Source: Octopus vulgaris (lineage: Eukaryota). Taken from it: 64,000 nt of DNA. A program made the position numbers and the translations under genes. The DNA is taken from positions 108,996,001 to 109,060,000 of the forward strand of contig OX597814.1 of the NCBI GenBank assembly GCA_951406725.2, given 5' to 3'. A model generated the notes under the pieces. It was not told where the DNA came from, ran no database searches, and saw nothing but the letters and a program-made list of their open reading frames with translations. Shown one piece after another: positions 24,676-40,208 of this stretch. How positions within the stretch are numbered: position 1 is the stretch's first letter; each line of letters starts with the position of its first letter.

Positions 24676-27572
24676 CATCATCATCATCATCATCGTTTAA
24701 CGTCCGCTTTCCGTGCTAGCACGGGTTGGACGGTTTGACCGGGTCTGGGAAGCCAGGGGCCGCACCAGGCTCCAGTCTGAATCTGGCAAAGTTTCTACGG
24801 CTGGATGCCCTTCCTAACGCCAACCACTCCATGAGTGGATTGGGTGCTTTTTACGTGCCACCTGCACAGGGGCCGGAGGGTCCGGCATCGTCACGATCGG
24901 TTCGAGCATTTTAACGTGTCAGCGGCACGGGGGCAACGAGGTCCGGGGTACTTTGGGGATCGGGGTACTTTGGGGATCCAGGGTACTTTGGGGATCCAGG
25001 GTACTTAGAATGGGTAGGGGGTATGTGGAATTGCTGCAGAAAGCAGCCCGGGTCTTTGTAGTCACAGCATTTATCGTCACTGAGTAACGTAATTAGGTAG
25101 AGGAAAGAAATACAGATATTCTAGAGTTGAGTTGGGGAGGGGGGTCCAGTTGAGGCGGGTAATATAGGGGAGCAACCAGTGGGGAAGGTTGGGGTAAGGA
25201 GGAACGATGGCAGGAAGGGTTGGTGTAGGTTCCTAAGGAGGAACGATGGCAGGAAGGGTTGGTGTAGGTTCCTAAGAAATAAAAACGTAGGATATTACGA
25301 GGCGGGAGGGTACTAAAGGGGATGGTCGGAATGAGGCAGTGTCAGGAGGAAGCGTAAGATCGGTGGGCAGTTGATGAGCTATGGCGCTAGCAGCTTGTCT
25401 TTTCACAGTGAAAGCATATGAGGAGAAGGGGTAGTGGGGGGAGGAGGAGGGAGTAGGGCGTACCCGGTGTAGATGAGTAAGGCGTATCCGGTGTAGATGG
25501 TGAGAACAGGGTATACTGGTATTAGTGGTGGGGGGTGAGAACAGTGTTCACCGGTATTGGTGGTGGTGGCGGTGAGAACAGTGTTCACCGGTATTGGTGG
25601 TGGGGGTGAGAACAGTGTTCATCGGTATTGGTGGTGGGGGTGGGGGGGCGGGCGCACCGCCAATGGCGGAAAGATGGGAAGAGATGGGATTACGGCTTGA
25701 GGTAGCCTAAGGTTAAATTTTGTAGAGAGAGAGATAGGAAAGATAAATCAAGTTATGGCGAAGGCTTGAAAGTAGCCTAAAAGGTTAAATTTTCGTAACA
25801 ATGTATGAATAAACGTAGTAACAACGAATAAAAATAGTAAGATAAATTTTTAAGAACTTGCTGCGGGCATCGACCGGGAGTTGAAATTGAAGAAGAAAGT
25901 AAGTTGAATTGGGAATTTAAATTGCAGAATCGTAATGGTAATGGCGATTTTCAAGTTTTAGCATAAGAAGAAGAAGAGGAGGAAAAAGACCGCCAATGGC
26001 GGAAAGATGGGAAGAGATGGGATTACGGCTTGAGGTAGCCTAAGGTTAAATTTTGTAGAGAGAGAGATAGGAAAGATAAATCAAGTTATGGCGAAGGCTT
26101 GAAAGTAGCCTAAAAGGTTAAATTTTCGTAACAATGTATGAATAAACGTAGTAACAACGAATAAAAATAGTAAGATAAATTTTTAAGAACTTGCTGCGGG
26201 CATCGACCGGGAGTTGAAATTGAAGAAGAAAGTAAGTTGAATTGGGAATTTAAATTGCAGAATCGTAATGGTAATGGCGATTTTCAAGTTTTAGCATAAG
26301 AAGAAGAAGAGGAGGAAAAAGACCGCCAATGGCGGAAAGATGGGAAGAGATGGGATTACGGCTTGAGGTAGCCTAAGGTTAAATTTTGTAGAGAGAGAGA
26401 TAGGAAAGATAAATCAAGTTATGGCGAAGGCTTGAAAGTAGCCTAAAAGGTTAAATTTTCGTAACAATGTATGAATAAACGTAGTAACAACGAATAAAAA
26501 TAGTAAGATAAATTTTTAAGAACTTGCTGCGGGCATCGACCGGGAGTTGAAATTGAAGAAGAAAGTAAGTTGAATTGGGAATTTAAATTGCAGAATCGTA
26601 ATGGTAATGGCGATTTTCAAGTTTTAGCATAAGAAGAAGAAGAGGAGGAGAAATACCGCCAATGGCGGAAAGATGGGAAGAGATGGGATTACGGCTCGAG
26701 GTAGCCTAAGGTTAAATTTTGTAGAGAGAGAGATAGGAAAGATAAAAGAAGTTATGGCGAAGGCTTGAAAGTAGCCTAAAAGGTTAAATTTTCGTAACAA
26801 TGTATGAATAAACGTAGTAACAACGAATAAAAATAGTAAGATAAATTTTTAAGAACTTGCTGCGGGCATCGACCGGGAGTTGAAATTGAAGAAGAAAGTA
26901 AGTTGAATTGGGAATTTAAATTGCAGAATCGTAATGGTAATGGCGATTTTCAAGTTTTAGCATAAGAAGAAGAAGAGGAGGAAAAAGACCGCCAATGGCG
27001 GAAAGATGAGAAGAGATGGGATTACGGCTTGAGGTAGCCTAAGGTTAAATTTTGTAGAGAGAGAGATAGGAAAGATAAATCAAGTTATGGCGAAGGCTTG
27101 AAAGTAGCCTAAAAGGTTAAATTTTCGTAACAATGTATGAATAAACGTAGTAACAACGAATAAAAATAGTAAGATAAATTTTTAAGAACTTGCTGCGGGC
27201 ATCGACCGGGAGTTGAAATTGAAGAAGAAAGTAAGTTGAATTGGGAATTTAAATTGCAGAATCGTAATGGTAACGGCGATTTTCAAGTTTTAGCATAAGA
27301 AGAAGAAGAGGAGGAAAAAGACCGCCAATGGCGGAAAGATGAGAAGAGATGGGATTACGGCTTGAGGTAGCCTAAGGTTAAATTTTGTAGAGAGAGAGAT
27401 AGGAAAGATAAATCAAGTTATGGCGAAGGCTTGAAAGTAGCCTAAAAGGTTAAATTTTCGTAACAATGTATGAATAAACGTAGTAACAACGAATAAAAAT
27501 AGTAAGATAAATTTTTAAGAACTTGCTGCGGGCATCGACCGGGAGTTGAAATTGAAGAAGAAAGTAAGTTGA
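24676..27572 (-). mobile_element. Non-coding RTE-tailed retroelement with a 5' tandem monomer array
   Basis: (GAT)n tail and GGCATCCAGCCGTAGAAAC...GGACGTTAAAC 3' end at 24676-24900. GC-rich body with short internal repeats runs without a break into the 333-bp array. (TA)n on both flanks. Confidence 0.6.
25656..27572. repeat. Tandem array, 333-bp unit x about 5.75, near-identical
   Basis: ACCGCCAATGGCGG starts at 25656, 25989, 26322, 26655, 26988 and 27321. Confidence 0.97.
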
Positions 27573-30045
<2,473 letters not shown>

Positions 30046-30440
30046 GCGCTTCTCTGTCTGTCTCAGCTCTCCTCTCTCAGCTCTCAATCTCTCTCTGAGG
30101 GCATAGAGGCTTTCTCTATCTTCCTTCAGCACTCAGTATCTCCTCTTCCTCTTCTCTCTTGCTCTCTTCTCTTGGCTCCCAATCTCTCCTTAAGTGCATG
30201 GACGCTCTCTTTCTCTATTACCCCCTACCCCCCCTATTGCACTATTGGATTAATATAACTTAATATAATTAGATAGATAGATAGATAGACAAAATATCTC
30301 TCCTCTTCCTCTTCTCTCTTGCTCTCTTCTCTTGGCTCCCAATCTCTCCTTAAGTACATAGACGCTCTCTTTCTCTATTACCCCCTACTATTGGATTAAT
30401 ATAACTTAACATAATTGGATAGATAGATAATATATCAAGA

Positions 30441-31334
30441 ATGTCCAGAGCTTGGAAACGTGATGAACTGGCGTGGTTCCTGCGAGGATGGCAATGCGCT
30501 GACGGAGAAAGTCCAAGTAACATAATTGCGGCAGCACTAAGGAACAAAGGATTCAAAAGGACGTCAGCACAAATAGAGCGGAAGAGGCAAGAGTTCGTAC
30601 GCTCATACGCACTTGTCAGATCGCACATAAACACACTAGATGCCATTTTTAACAGCGAAAAACGCGAACAAAGTAAAGATGGCAAGGATGGAGACGCGGG
30701 CGCAGATGAGGAGGGTCACCCCCACCTGGTGGACGCCCAGGAAGAAGAAAACTCCAGCGAGAGGCCTGCCCGGGAGGTGAACCCAGGTACGGATGCTCCT
30801 ACCGGCACCAAAAGCCATGGACATGGAGATGAGGAGGCCAAAAAAAGAGGAAAAACTGAAGCTAAAACTCAGACAAAGCCAAGGGGCAAGGCAGCCAGGG
30901 ATAGAGGCAAACCTAACTGTCCATATGCCAAAAAGGATGGAAACAAGCAGCGCACACGGGTATGTAGGTTCTACCTGAAAGGTGCCTGCCGGCATGGAGA
31001 GGAAGGTGCAGGCTGCCGCTTTGCACATCCGGGACCCTGCCACAGAAACCAACCACCGAAAGGAAATGGGATGGACCACGCATCACCGGCCCCAAAACGG
31101 AGGTACGCAGATGTGGTGCGTACCACAAACCACCAACGTGTTGTTGAAAGGGCAGCTGCTGAGCAGGAATCTTTTTTGTGCATGGCACAAAAGATTGTAC
31201 AGCAGCTAACCTGGCTCCATCAGGCTCAGGCTCGCAGATGGAACTGCCCACGGTTCACAAGACCGCCACAGCAGATGGACCCAGGGTGGACACCACCGGC
31301 AACAGCATACACCTCACCTCGATGCTCCTACTGA
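30441..31334 (+). CDS. LINE ORF1, 297 aa: N-terminal Myb/SANT(trihelix)-like segment + CCCH zinc finger
   Basis: Intact ATG-TGA. Segments W.RDE....L...IAAALRNKGFKRTSAQIERK and [22 protein letters not shown]. Confidence 0.75.
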   Translation: MSRAWKRDELAWFLRGWQCADGESPSNIIAAALRNKGFKRTSAQIERKRQEFVRSYALVRSHINTLDAIFNSEKREQSKDGKDGDAGADEEGHPHLVDAQEEENSSERPAREVNPGTDAPTGTKSHGHGDEEAKKRGKTEAKTQTKPRGKAARDRGKPNCPYAKKDGNKQRTRVCRFYLKGACRHGEEGAGCRFAHPGPCHRNQPPKGNGMDHASPAPKRRYADVVRTTNHQRVVERAAAEQESFLCMAQKIVQQLTWLHQAQARRWNCPRFTRPPQQMDPGWTPPATAYTSPRCSY

Positions 31335-34264
31335 ACATCAGAGGACTACTAACACACAGTAACAGGACAAAAGTCCCGTTCCTGAGAGACTTTGTCGCAT
31401 GCAATCAAGCCTTATGCATAGCACTCACAGAAATGCATCTGAAACCGGACATAGCAGATGCGGAATTACACATACCACAGTATGTTGTACTACGGACCGA
31501 CAGGAAAGAAAGAAGTCATGGAGGAGTTGCTATGTACATCCGTGGGGACCTCACACCCCAGGTCCTTTTGTCATACTCAAACTCGGTGTGTGACACACTA
31601 ATTGTACACATAAGGCAACTTGATGTAGTTGTGTGTGCTACATATCGCCCTCCAGATGCCCCAAGTCATATGGGCAAGTTTGAGGACTGCCTTTTAAAAA
31701 TAGAAGAAGTTCTAACCACATTAGAACACATGGGTGTACTTCTCATGGGAGACTTCAACCTACCGAATGTCAGATGGCCCGAGGGCCTTTCTCTCCCAGG
31801 AATGACAAGATGTGAACGAGGACAGGCGAGGTCCCTCCTGAACCTCACCAACACCCTGTACATGGAGTAAGTAATACTCCAACCAACCAGAGCGGGTAAC
31901 ACACTGGATCTCTGCTTCACAAATAATATGGATCTCATCCATAATGTGAAAGTGACACCGACACTACTCTTGGATCACAACATGGTAGAGCTGACCATGT
32001 ACGGGCCAAAAGAGAGCACGGACATGCAGCCTACAAGAAACCCTCAAAATCTTTCCAGCTTGAACTACCATAAGGCAAACTGGAAACAAATTGAGAAAGA
32101 GATCCTCAAACAAAACTGGCCTGAATGTCTCTCCTCGCCGGACATTGACATGATACTTCAACAATTCATGTCTGTAATGCAAGCCATATGCTACAAATGT
32201 GTCCCAGAGAGAAAGGCCACTGTACACAAGAACAAAATCCCCAGAGAGAGAAAAATTTTAATGAGACGGCGCACAAAAATCTCAAATCGCCTAAACAAAC
32301 AAATTGAAAACAGTGAAAAGTCCCGCCTGAAAATAAAACTGTTGGAAATTGAAAATTGTCTGCAACTCTCCCATGAGAAGGAAAGAGCAGACAAAGAAGC
32401 CTGGGCTATAGACAACATAAAAACTAACCCCAGAGCTTTCTACAGGTATGCCAAAGAAACAGCTACGGTGCACTGTAGGATAGGGCCACTCCTTGAAAAG
32501 GATGGAACACTCACAGGAAAACCAATGAGGGTAAGTGAAATACTGAATGAACAATTCAAGAGTGTTTTCACTCCACCCCTTGGGCATTTCCAAATCAGCA
32601 ATCCAACTGACTTTTTTACCACTGCAGATATAGAATCAGAGGCGGCGACGTTAAATTACATCGATATAAAGGAAGACGATGTAATAAAGGCTATAGATGA
32701 AATGAAAATAGACTCAGCTATTGGCCCCGATGAATTTCCGGCAATCCTCCTAAAAGTATGTAAGAGAGTCTTAGCAAGACCACTGCAGTTCCTCTTTCAG
32801 AGCTTCCTTGCAGCTGGCAAACTTCCAAGAAAACTGAAGGAAGGTAAAATATGCCCTATTCATAAAGGAGGTAGCAGAGCGGAGGCCAAGAACTACAGAC
32901 CTATCTCTCTGACCTCACACATCAGCAAGGTCATGGAACGAATAGTCAGAAGGAAACTAATCACCTTCCTTGAAGAAAATGACCTGCTGCCTGACACCCA
33001 ACATGGTTTCCGACCAGGAAGAAGCTGCTTAACTCAGCTCCTGCAGCACTATGACTGGGTGCTGAAACAACTGCTCAACCACTCAAATGTGGAAGTCATA
33101 TATCTCAACTTCGCAAAGGCCTTCGATAAAGTCGATCATGGAATGATATGTCACAAGCTGCGTGATCTTGGCATAGTTGGAAAACTAGGAGAATGGCTTC
33201 ACGACTTTCTGAAGAATAGAAGTCAGGTGGTAGTAGCCATTAGCACGCAAATAGTGAGCGGTGTTCCACAGGGCACTGTTTTGGGACCACTACTGTTCAT
33301 AATGGCCCTCTCAGACATGCCCTCAGCCACGCGGAGAGCCACGATCACAAGTTATGCAGATGATACAAAAGTTTCACAGGCAATACAGAACCCTGAAGAC
33401 ACTAGGCACCTGCAATATGAGCTGGACGAAATATACAAGTGGGCTGAAAAGAATAGCATGCAGTTCAATGCTGAAAAGTTTCAAGCTTTATACTATCAGC
33501 ATGCAAAACTGAATGCAATACCCAAGGAATACACTGGACCCGGAGGGATTGCAATCCCAGAGGCACAATCAGTGCGTGACCTGGGTATTCACATGAGTGA
33601 TGACGCGACCTTTCATGTACATGTTGCTAAACTGACAATGAAATGCAGACGGCTGGCTGGATGGATTCTTAGAACCTTTAGAACAAGAGAACAAGAAACC
33701 ATGATGGTCCTCTGGAAGACACTTGTCCTAAGTCACTTTGACTATTGCTCTCAGCTATGGTCACCATCCAGTGTCAAGTTGATCACAGAACTTGAGGCGA
33801 TCCAACGAAGCTACACGAAGAAGATAGCCTCTATGCAGAATGTAAGCTACTGGGAAAGACTCAAGAGATTAAAATTATATTCCCTGGAGCGTAGGCGGGA
33901 AAGATATGCCATAATATACATCTGGAAGATCCTGGACGGAAGTGTCCTGAACTTTGGCATCGAGAGTTACGCAAACGCCAGAACTGGGCGCCACTGCGTG
34001 GTGCCTAGGACTCCAAACTTGCCATCAAGATGTAGGACAAGATTCTGTGATAGCCTGGGCTTCCGAGGCCCACAGCTCTTCAATATCCTCCCGATGAACC
34101 TGAGAGACCTGCATGGGGTGGATACAGATGTCTTTAAAATGGAGCTGGATCTCTTCCTGTCAGGTGTCCCAGATGAACCAACTTCACGGCAGGAGGGGCA
34201 GATGAGGGCAGCTGCATCGAACTCTCTCATGCACCAAATAGCAGTTGCTAGAAAGCCTCCATGA
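31322..34264 (+). pseudogene. LINE ORF2 (AP endonuclease + reverse transcriptase) with one premature stop
   Basis: APE motifs LNIRGL, ALTE, GGVA, GDFN, LDL, DH, plus RT YADD. TAA at 31868-31870 where copy C reads CAG. 15-nt in-frame deletion (NGATS) relative to copies A and C. Confidence 0.9.
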
Positions 34265-34348
34265 AGTGAAACCAAGTAGCAACACCAAATGGCGGTGCCC
34301 CAGCATGGCCACAGCTCATAAGCTGAAACTGGAATCAATCAATCAATC

Positions 34349-34627
<279 letters not shown>

Positions 34628-37600
34628 GGCCATGGAGACGGAGAACCCGGTGAAGAGGTAGAGGGAGGAGGAAGAACTAAAAGAAGGGCTGGTAGAGCTA
34701 AAGGAAAAGCTCAAGCAGGACCAAAGGGTGAAAAAACCAGGAATAGAAGTGGAACCGCAAAAGATGGAAACGGACAGCGCACACAGGTGTGTAGGTTCTA
34801 CCTGAGAGGTTCCTTGCTGGCATGGAAAGGAAGGTGCAGGCTGCCGTTTTGCACATCGGGGACCCTGCCACAGAGACACGAGGCAGATGGACAAACCATC
34901 AACACAAGGAAAAGGGATGGACCACGCACCACTTGCCCGAAAGCGGAGGTACGCAGATGTTTGTGCGTGCCACAAACCACCAACATGATGTTGTCGAAAG
35001 GGCAGCTGCTGAGCAACAATCTTTTTTGTGCATGGCACAAAAGATTGTACAGCAGCTGACCTGGCTTCATCAAACCCAAGCCCGCAGGTGGGACTACCCA
35101 CTATATACCAGACCACCACCACAGCAAACAGACCCAGGATGGACACCACCGGCAACAACGTACACCTCACCTCGATGCTCCTACTGAACATCAGAGGACT
35201 GCAAACACTCAGTAACAGGACAAAAATCCCGTTCCTGAGAGATTTTGTTGCATGCAATCAAGCCTTATGCATAGCACTAACGGAAACGCACCTGAAACCG
35301 GATATAGCAGATGCGGAGTTACACATACCACAGTATGCTGTACTACGGACCGACAGGAAAGAAAGGAGTCATGGAGGTGTTGCTATGTACATCCGTGAGG
35401 ACCTCACACCCCAGGTCCTCTTGTCATACTCAAACTCGGTGTGTGACACACTAATTGTACATATTAGGCAACTTGATGTAGTTGTGTGTGCTACATATAC
35501 CGCCCTCCAGATGCCCCAAGCCATGTGGGCAAGTTTGAAGACTGCCTTATAAAAATAGAAGAAGTTCTAACCACATTAGAACAACACATAAGTGTACTTC
35601 TTATGGGAGACTTCAATCTGCCAAATGTCAGATGGCCCGAGGGCCTTTCTCTCCCAGGAATGACAAGATGTGAACGAGGACAGGCGAGGTCCCTCCTGAA
35701 CCTCATCAACACCCTGTACATGGAGCAGGTAATACTCCAACCAACCAGGGCAGGTAACACACTGGATCTCTGCTTCACAAATGACATGGATCTCATCCAT
35801 AATGTGAAAGTGACACCGACACTACTCTTGGATCACAACATGATAGAGCTGACCATGTACGGGCCAAAAGAGAGCACGGACATGCAGCCTACAAGAAACC
35901 CCAGAATCTTTCCAGCTTGAACTACCATAAGGCAAACTGGAAACAAATTGAGAAAGAGATCCTCAAACAAAACTGGCCTAAATGTCTCTCCTCGCCAGAC
36001 ATCGACGTGAAACTTCAACAATTCATGTCTGTAATGCAAGCCATATGCTACAAATATGTCCCAGAGAGAAAGGCCACTGTACACAAGAACAAAATCCCCA
36101 GAGAGAGGAAAATTCTAATGAGACGGCGTACAAAATTTTCAAATTGCCTAAACAAACAGATTGAAAGCAGTGAAAAGTCCCGCCTAAAAATAAAACTGTT
36201 GGAAATCGAAAAATGTCTGAAACTCTCCCATGAAAAGGAAAGAGCAGACAAAGAAGCCTGGGCTATAGACAACATAAAATCTAACCCCAGAGCTTTCTAC
36301 AGGTATGCCAAAGAAACAGCTACGGTGCACTGTAGAATAGGGCCACTCCTCGAAAAGGATGGCACACTTACAGGAAAACCAATGAGGGTAAGTGAAATAC
36401 TGAATGAGCAATTCAAGAGTGTTTTCACTCCACCCCTTGGGCATCTCCAAATCACCAATCCAAATGACTTTTTTACCACTGCAGATATAAAATCAGAGGC
36501 GGCGACGATAGATTACATCGATATAAAGGAAGACAATGTAATCAAGGGTATAGATGAAATGAAAACAGACTCAGCTACTGGCCCCGATGGATTCCCGGCA
36601 ATCCTCCTAAAAGCATGTAAGAGAGTCCTAGCAAGACCACTGCAGTTCCTCTTTCAGAGCTTCCTTGCAGCTGGCAAACTTCCAAGAAAACTGAAGGAAG
36701 GTAAAATATGCCCCATTCATAAAGGAGGTAGCAGAGCGGAAGCCAAGAACTATAGACCTATCTCTCTGACCTCACACATCAGCAAGGTCATGGAACGAAT
36801 AGTCAGAAGGAAGCTGATCACCTTCCTTGAAGAAAATGACTTGCTGCCCGACACCCAACATGGTTTCCGACCAGGGAGAAGCTGTTTACCTCAGCTCCTA
36901 CAACACTATGACTGGGTGCTGAAACGGCTGCTCAACCACTCAAATGTGGAAGTGATATATCTCGACTTTGCAAAGGCCTTTGATAAAGTCGATCATGGAA
37001 TGATATGTCACAAACTGCGTGATCTCAACATAGTTGGAAAACTGGGAGAATGGCTTCATGACTTTCTGAAAGATAGAAGTCAGGTGGTAGTGGCCAATGG
37101 GGCCACTTCCATTAACACGCAAATAGTGAGCGGTGTTCCGCAGGGCACTGTTCTGGGACCACTACTGTTCATAATGGCCCTCTCAGACATGCCCTCAGCC
37201 ACGCAGAGAGCCACAATCACAAGTTATGCAGATGATACAAAAGTTTCACAGGCAATACAGAACCCTGAGGACACTAAACATCTGCAATGTGAGCTAGACA
37301 AAATATACAAGTGGGCCGAAAAGAATAGCATGCAGTTCAATGCTGAAAAGTTTCAAGCTCTATACTATCAGCATGCAAAACTAAATGCAATACCCAATGA
37401 ATACACTGGACCCGGAGGAAAAGCAATCCCAGAGGCACAATCAGTGCGTGACCTAGGTATTTACATGAGTGATGACGCGACCTTTCGTGTACATGTTGCT
37501 AAATTGGCAATGAAATGTAGACGACTGGCCGGATGGATCCTCAGAACCTTTAGAACAAGAGAACAAGAAACCATGATGGTCCTCTGGAGGACACTTGTCC

Positions 37601-38228
37601 TAAGCCACTTTGACTACTGCTCTCAGTTATGGTCACCATCCAGTGTCAAGTTGATCACAGAGCTCGAGGCGATCCAACGTAGCTACACAAAGAAGATAGC
37701 CTCTATGCAGAATGTAAGCTACTGGGAAAGACTCAGGAAATTAAAATTATATTCCCTGGAGCGTAGGCGGGAAAGATATGCCATAATATACATCTGGAAG
37801 ATCCTAGAGGGAAGTGTCCTGAACTTTGGCATCGAGAGTTACGCAAATGCCAGAACTGGGCGCCACTGCATGGTGCCTAGGACTCCAAACTTGCCATCAA
37901 GATGTAGGACAAGATTCTGTGATAGCCTGGGCTTCCGAGGCCCACAGCTCTTCAATATCCTCCCGAAGAACCTGAGAGACCTGCATGGGGTGGATACAGA
38001 TGTCTTTAAAATGAAGCTGGATCTCTTCCTGTCAGGTGTCCCAGATGAACCAACTTCACGGCAGGAGGGGCAGATGAGGGCAGCTGCATCGAACTCTCTC
38101 ATGCACCAAATAGCATCTTCTAGAAAGCCTTCATGAAGTGAAACCAAGTAGCAACACCAAATGGCGGTGCCCCAGCATGGCCACAGCTCATAAGCTGAAA
38201 CTGGAAAAATCAAAATCAAAATCAAATC
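34628..38228 (+). mobile_element. LINE copy C: same family, truncated within ORF1, frameshifts in ORF1/APE, RT segment 35917-38136 open
   Basis: Colinear with copy B but more diverged. (AAAATC)n tail. (TA)n flanks. Confidence 0.9.
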
Positions 38229-38288
38229 ATATACATATATATATATATACATATATATATATACATATATATATACATATATATATAC

Positions 38289-38326
<38 letters not shown>

Positions 38327-38370
38327 ATACATATATACATACATATATATATACATACATATATATATAC

Positions 38371-38401
<31 letters not shown>

Positions 38402-38940
38402 CATACATATATATATACATATATATATATATACATACATATATATATACATACATATATATATACATACATATATATATATATACATACATATATATAT
38501 ATATACATATATATATACATACATATATATATATACATACATATATATATACATACATATATATATACATACATATATATATACATACATATATATATAC
38601 ATACATATATATATACATATATATATATACATACATATATACATACATATATATATACATACATATATATATACATACATATATATATACATACATATAT
38701 ATATACATACATATATATATACATACATATATATATACATACGTATATATATACATACATATATATATACATACATATATATATACATATATATATATAT
38801 ACATATATATACATATATATATATATATACATATATATACATATACATATATATACATATATATATATATACATACATATATATACATATATATATATAT
38901 ACATACATATATATACATATATATATATATACATATATAT
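38229..38940. repeat. Compound (TA)n/(TACA)n microsatellite
   Basis: Direct reading. Confidence 0.95.
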
Positions 38941-39130
38941 TTAAAAAAAGGAGATGTCGAACACGAGTGGTGATATATAAAAAAGGAAATGAAGAAAATG
39001 CTGACAAATAATTGAAGTAATTTAAGTAATTTAATTAGGTGAAAGTTCTTTTTACCGGTTGCGCATTTGTTATGCTTATCAAAATATAAAAGAGAGATTA
39101 GATTTCCTTTCTTATAGAATTTTTCCTCTT

Positions 39131-39493
39131 ATCATCATCATCATCCTCATTTAACGTCCGCTTTCCATGCTAGCATGGGTTGGACGGTTCAACTGGAGTC
39201 TGGGGAGCCCGAAGGCTGCACCAGGCCAGTCAGATCTGGCAGTGTTTCTACAGCTGGATGCCCTTCCTAACGCCAACCACTCCGTGAGTGTAGTGGGTGC
39301 ATTTTATGTGCCACGGACACAGGTTCCAGACGAGGCTGGCGAACAGCCACGCTCGGATGGTGTTTTTTTTATGTGCCACCGACACAGGTGCCAGACGAGG
39401 CTGGCAGACGGCCACGCTCGGATGGTGTTTTTATGTGCCACCGACACAAGTGCCAGATGAGGCTGGCGAACGGCCACGATCGGATGGTGTTTG
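39131..39493 (-). mobile_element. RTE-tailed SINE-like element with internal repeats of about 60 bp
   Basis: (GAT)n tail. GTGCCACCGACACAGGTGCCAGACGAGGCTGGC unit repeated about 3 times. Relatives at 44535-45100, 48960-49330 and 57700-58270. Confidence 0.7.
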
Positions 39494-39494
39494 T

Positions 39495-39835
39495 TACATA
39501 TATACATATATATATATATATACATATATATACATATACATATATATACATATATATACATATACATATATATACATATACATATATATACATATACATA
39601 TATATACATATACATATATATACATATACATATATACATATACATATATATACATATACATATATATACATATACATATATATACATATACATACATATA
39701 CATATATATACATATATATACATATACATATATATACATATATATACATATACATATATATATACATATATATACATATATATATACATATATATACATA
39801 TACATATATATATACATATATATACATATATATAC

Positions 39836-39908
<73 letters not shown>

Positions 39909-40159
39909 CATATATATATACATATATATATATATATACATATACATACATATATATACATATACATACATATACATATATATATATATACATATATATA
40001 CATATACATATATATACATATACATACATATATATACATATACATATATATACATATATATATACATATATATATATACATATACATATATATATATACA
40101 TATATATATACATATATATACATATATATATATACATATATATATACATATATATACAC

Positions 40160-40208
<49 letters not shown>

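Larger units (their letters stand above)
30046..34348 (+). mobile_element. LINE copy B: apparently full-length two-ORF LINE (Proto2/CR1-like)
   Basis: Pyrimidine-rich 5' UTR with a duplication of about 158 bp (30137-30435), then ORF1, ORF2 (APE+RT), a short 3' UTR and an (AATC)n tail. (TA)n flanks. The clade assignment is from memory of the LERRRERYxIIYxWKI C-terminus and needs an RT phylogeny. Confidence 0.9.

Noticed and set aside
25656-27572. Regularly spaced repeats as a CRISPR-like array or tandem RNA genes (5S, snRNA, SL)
   Set aside because: The whole 333-bp unit repeats with no unique spacers, the context is eukaryotic, and I recognise no 5S, tRNA or snRNA sequence.
30046-34348. Retrotransposition-competent LINE
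   Set aside because: ORF2 has TAA at 31868, a D-to-N change in the YLDF motif and a 5-aa deletion in RT. Sequencing error cannot be excluded for the stop.
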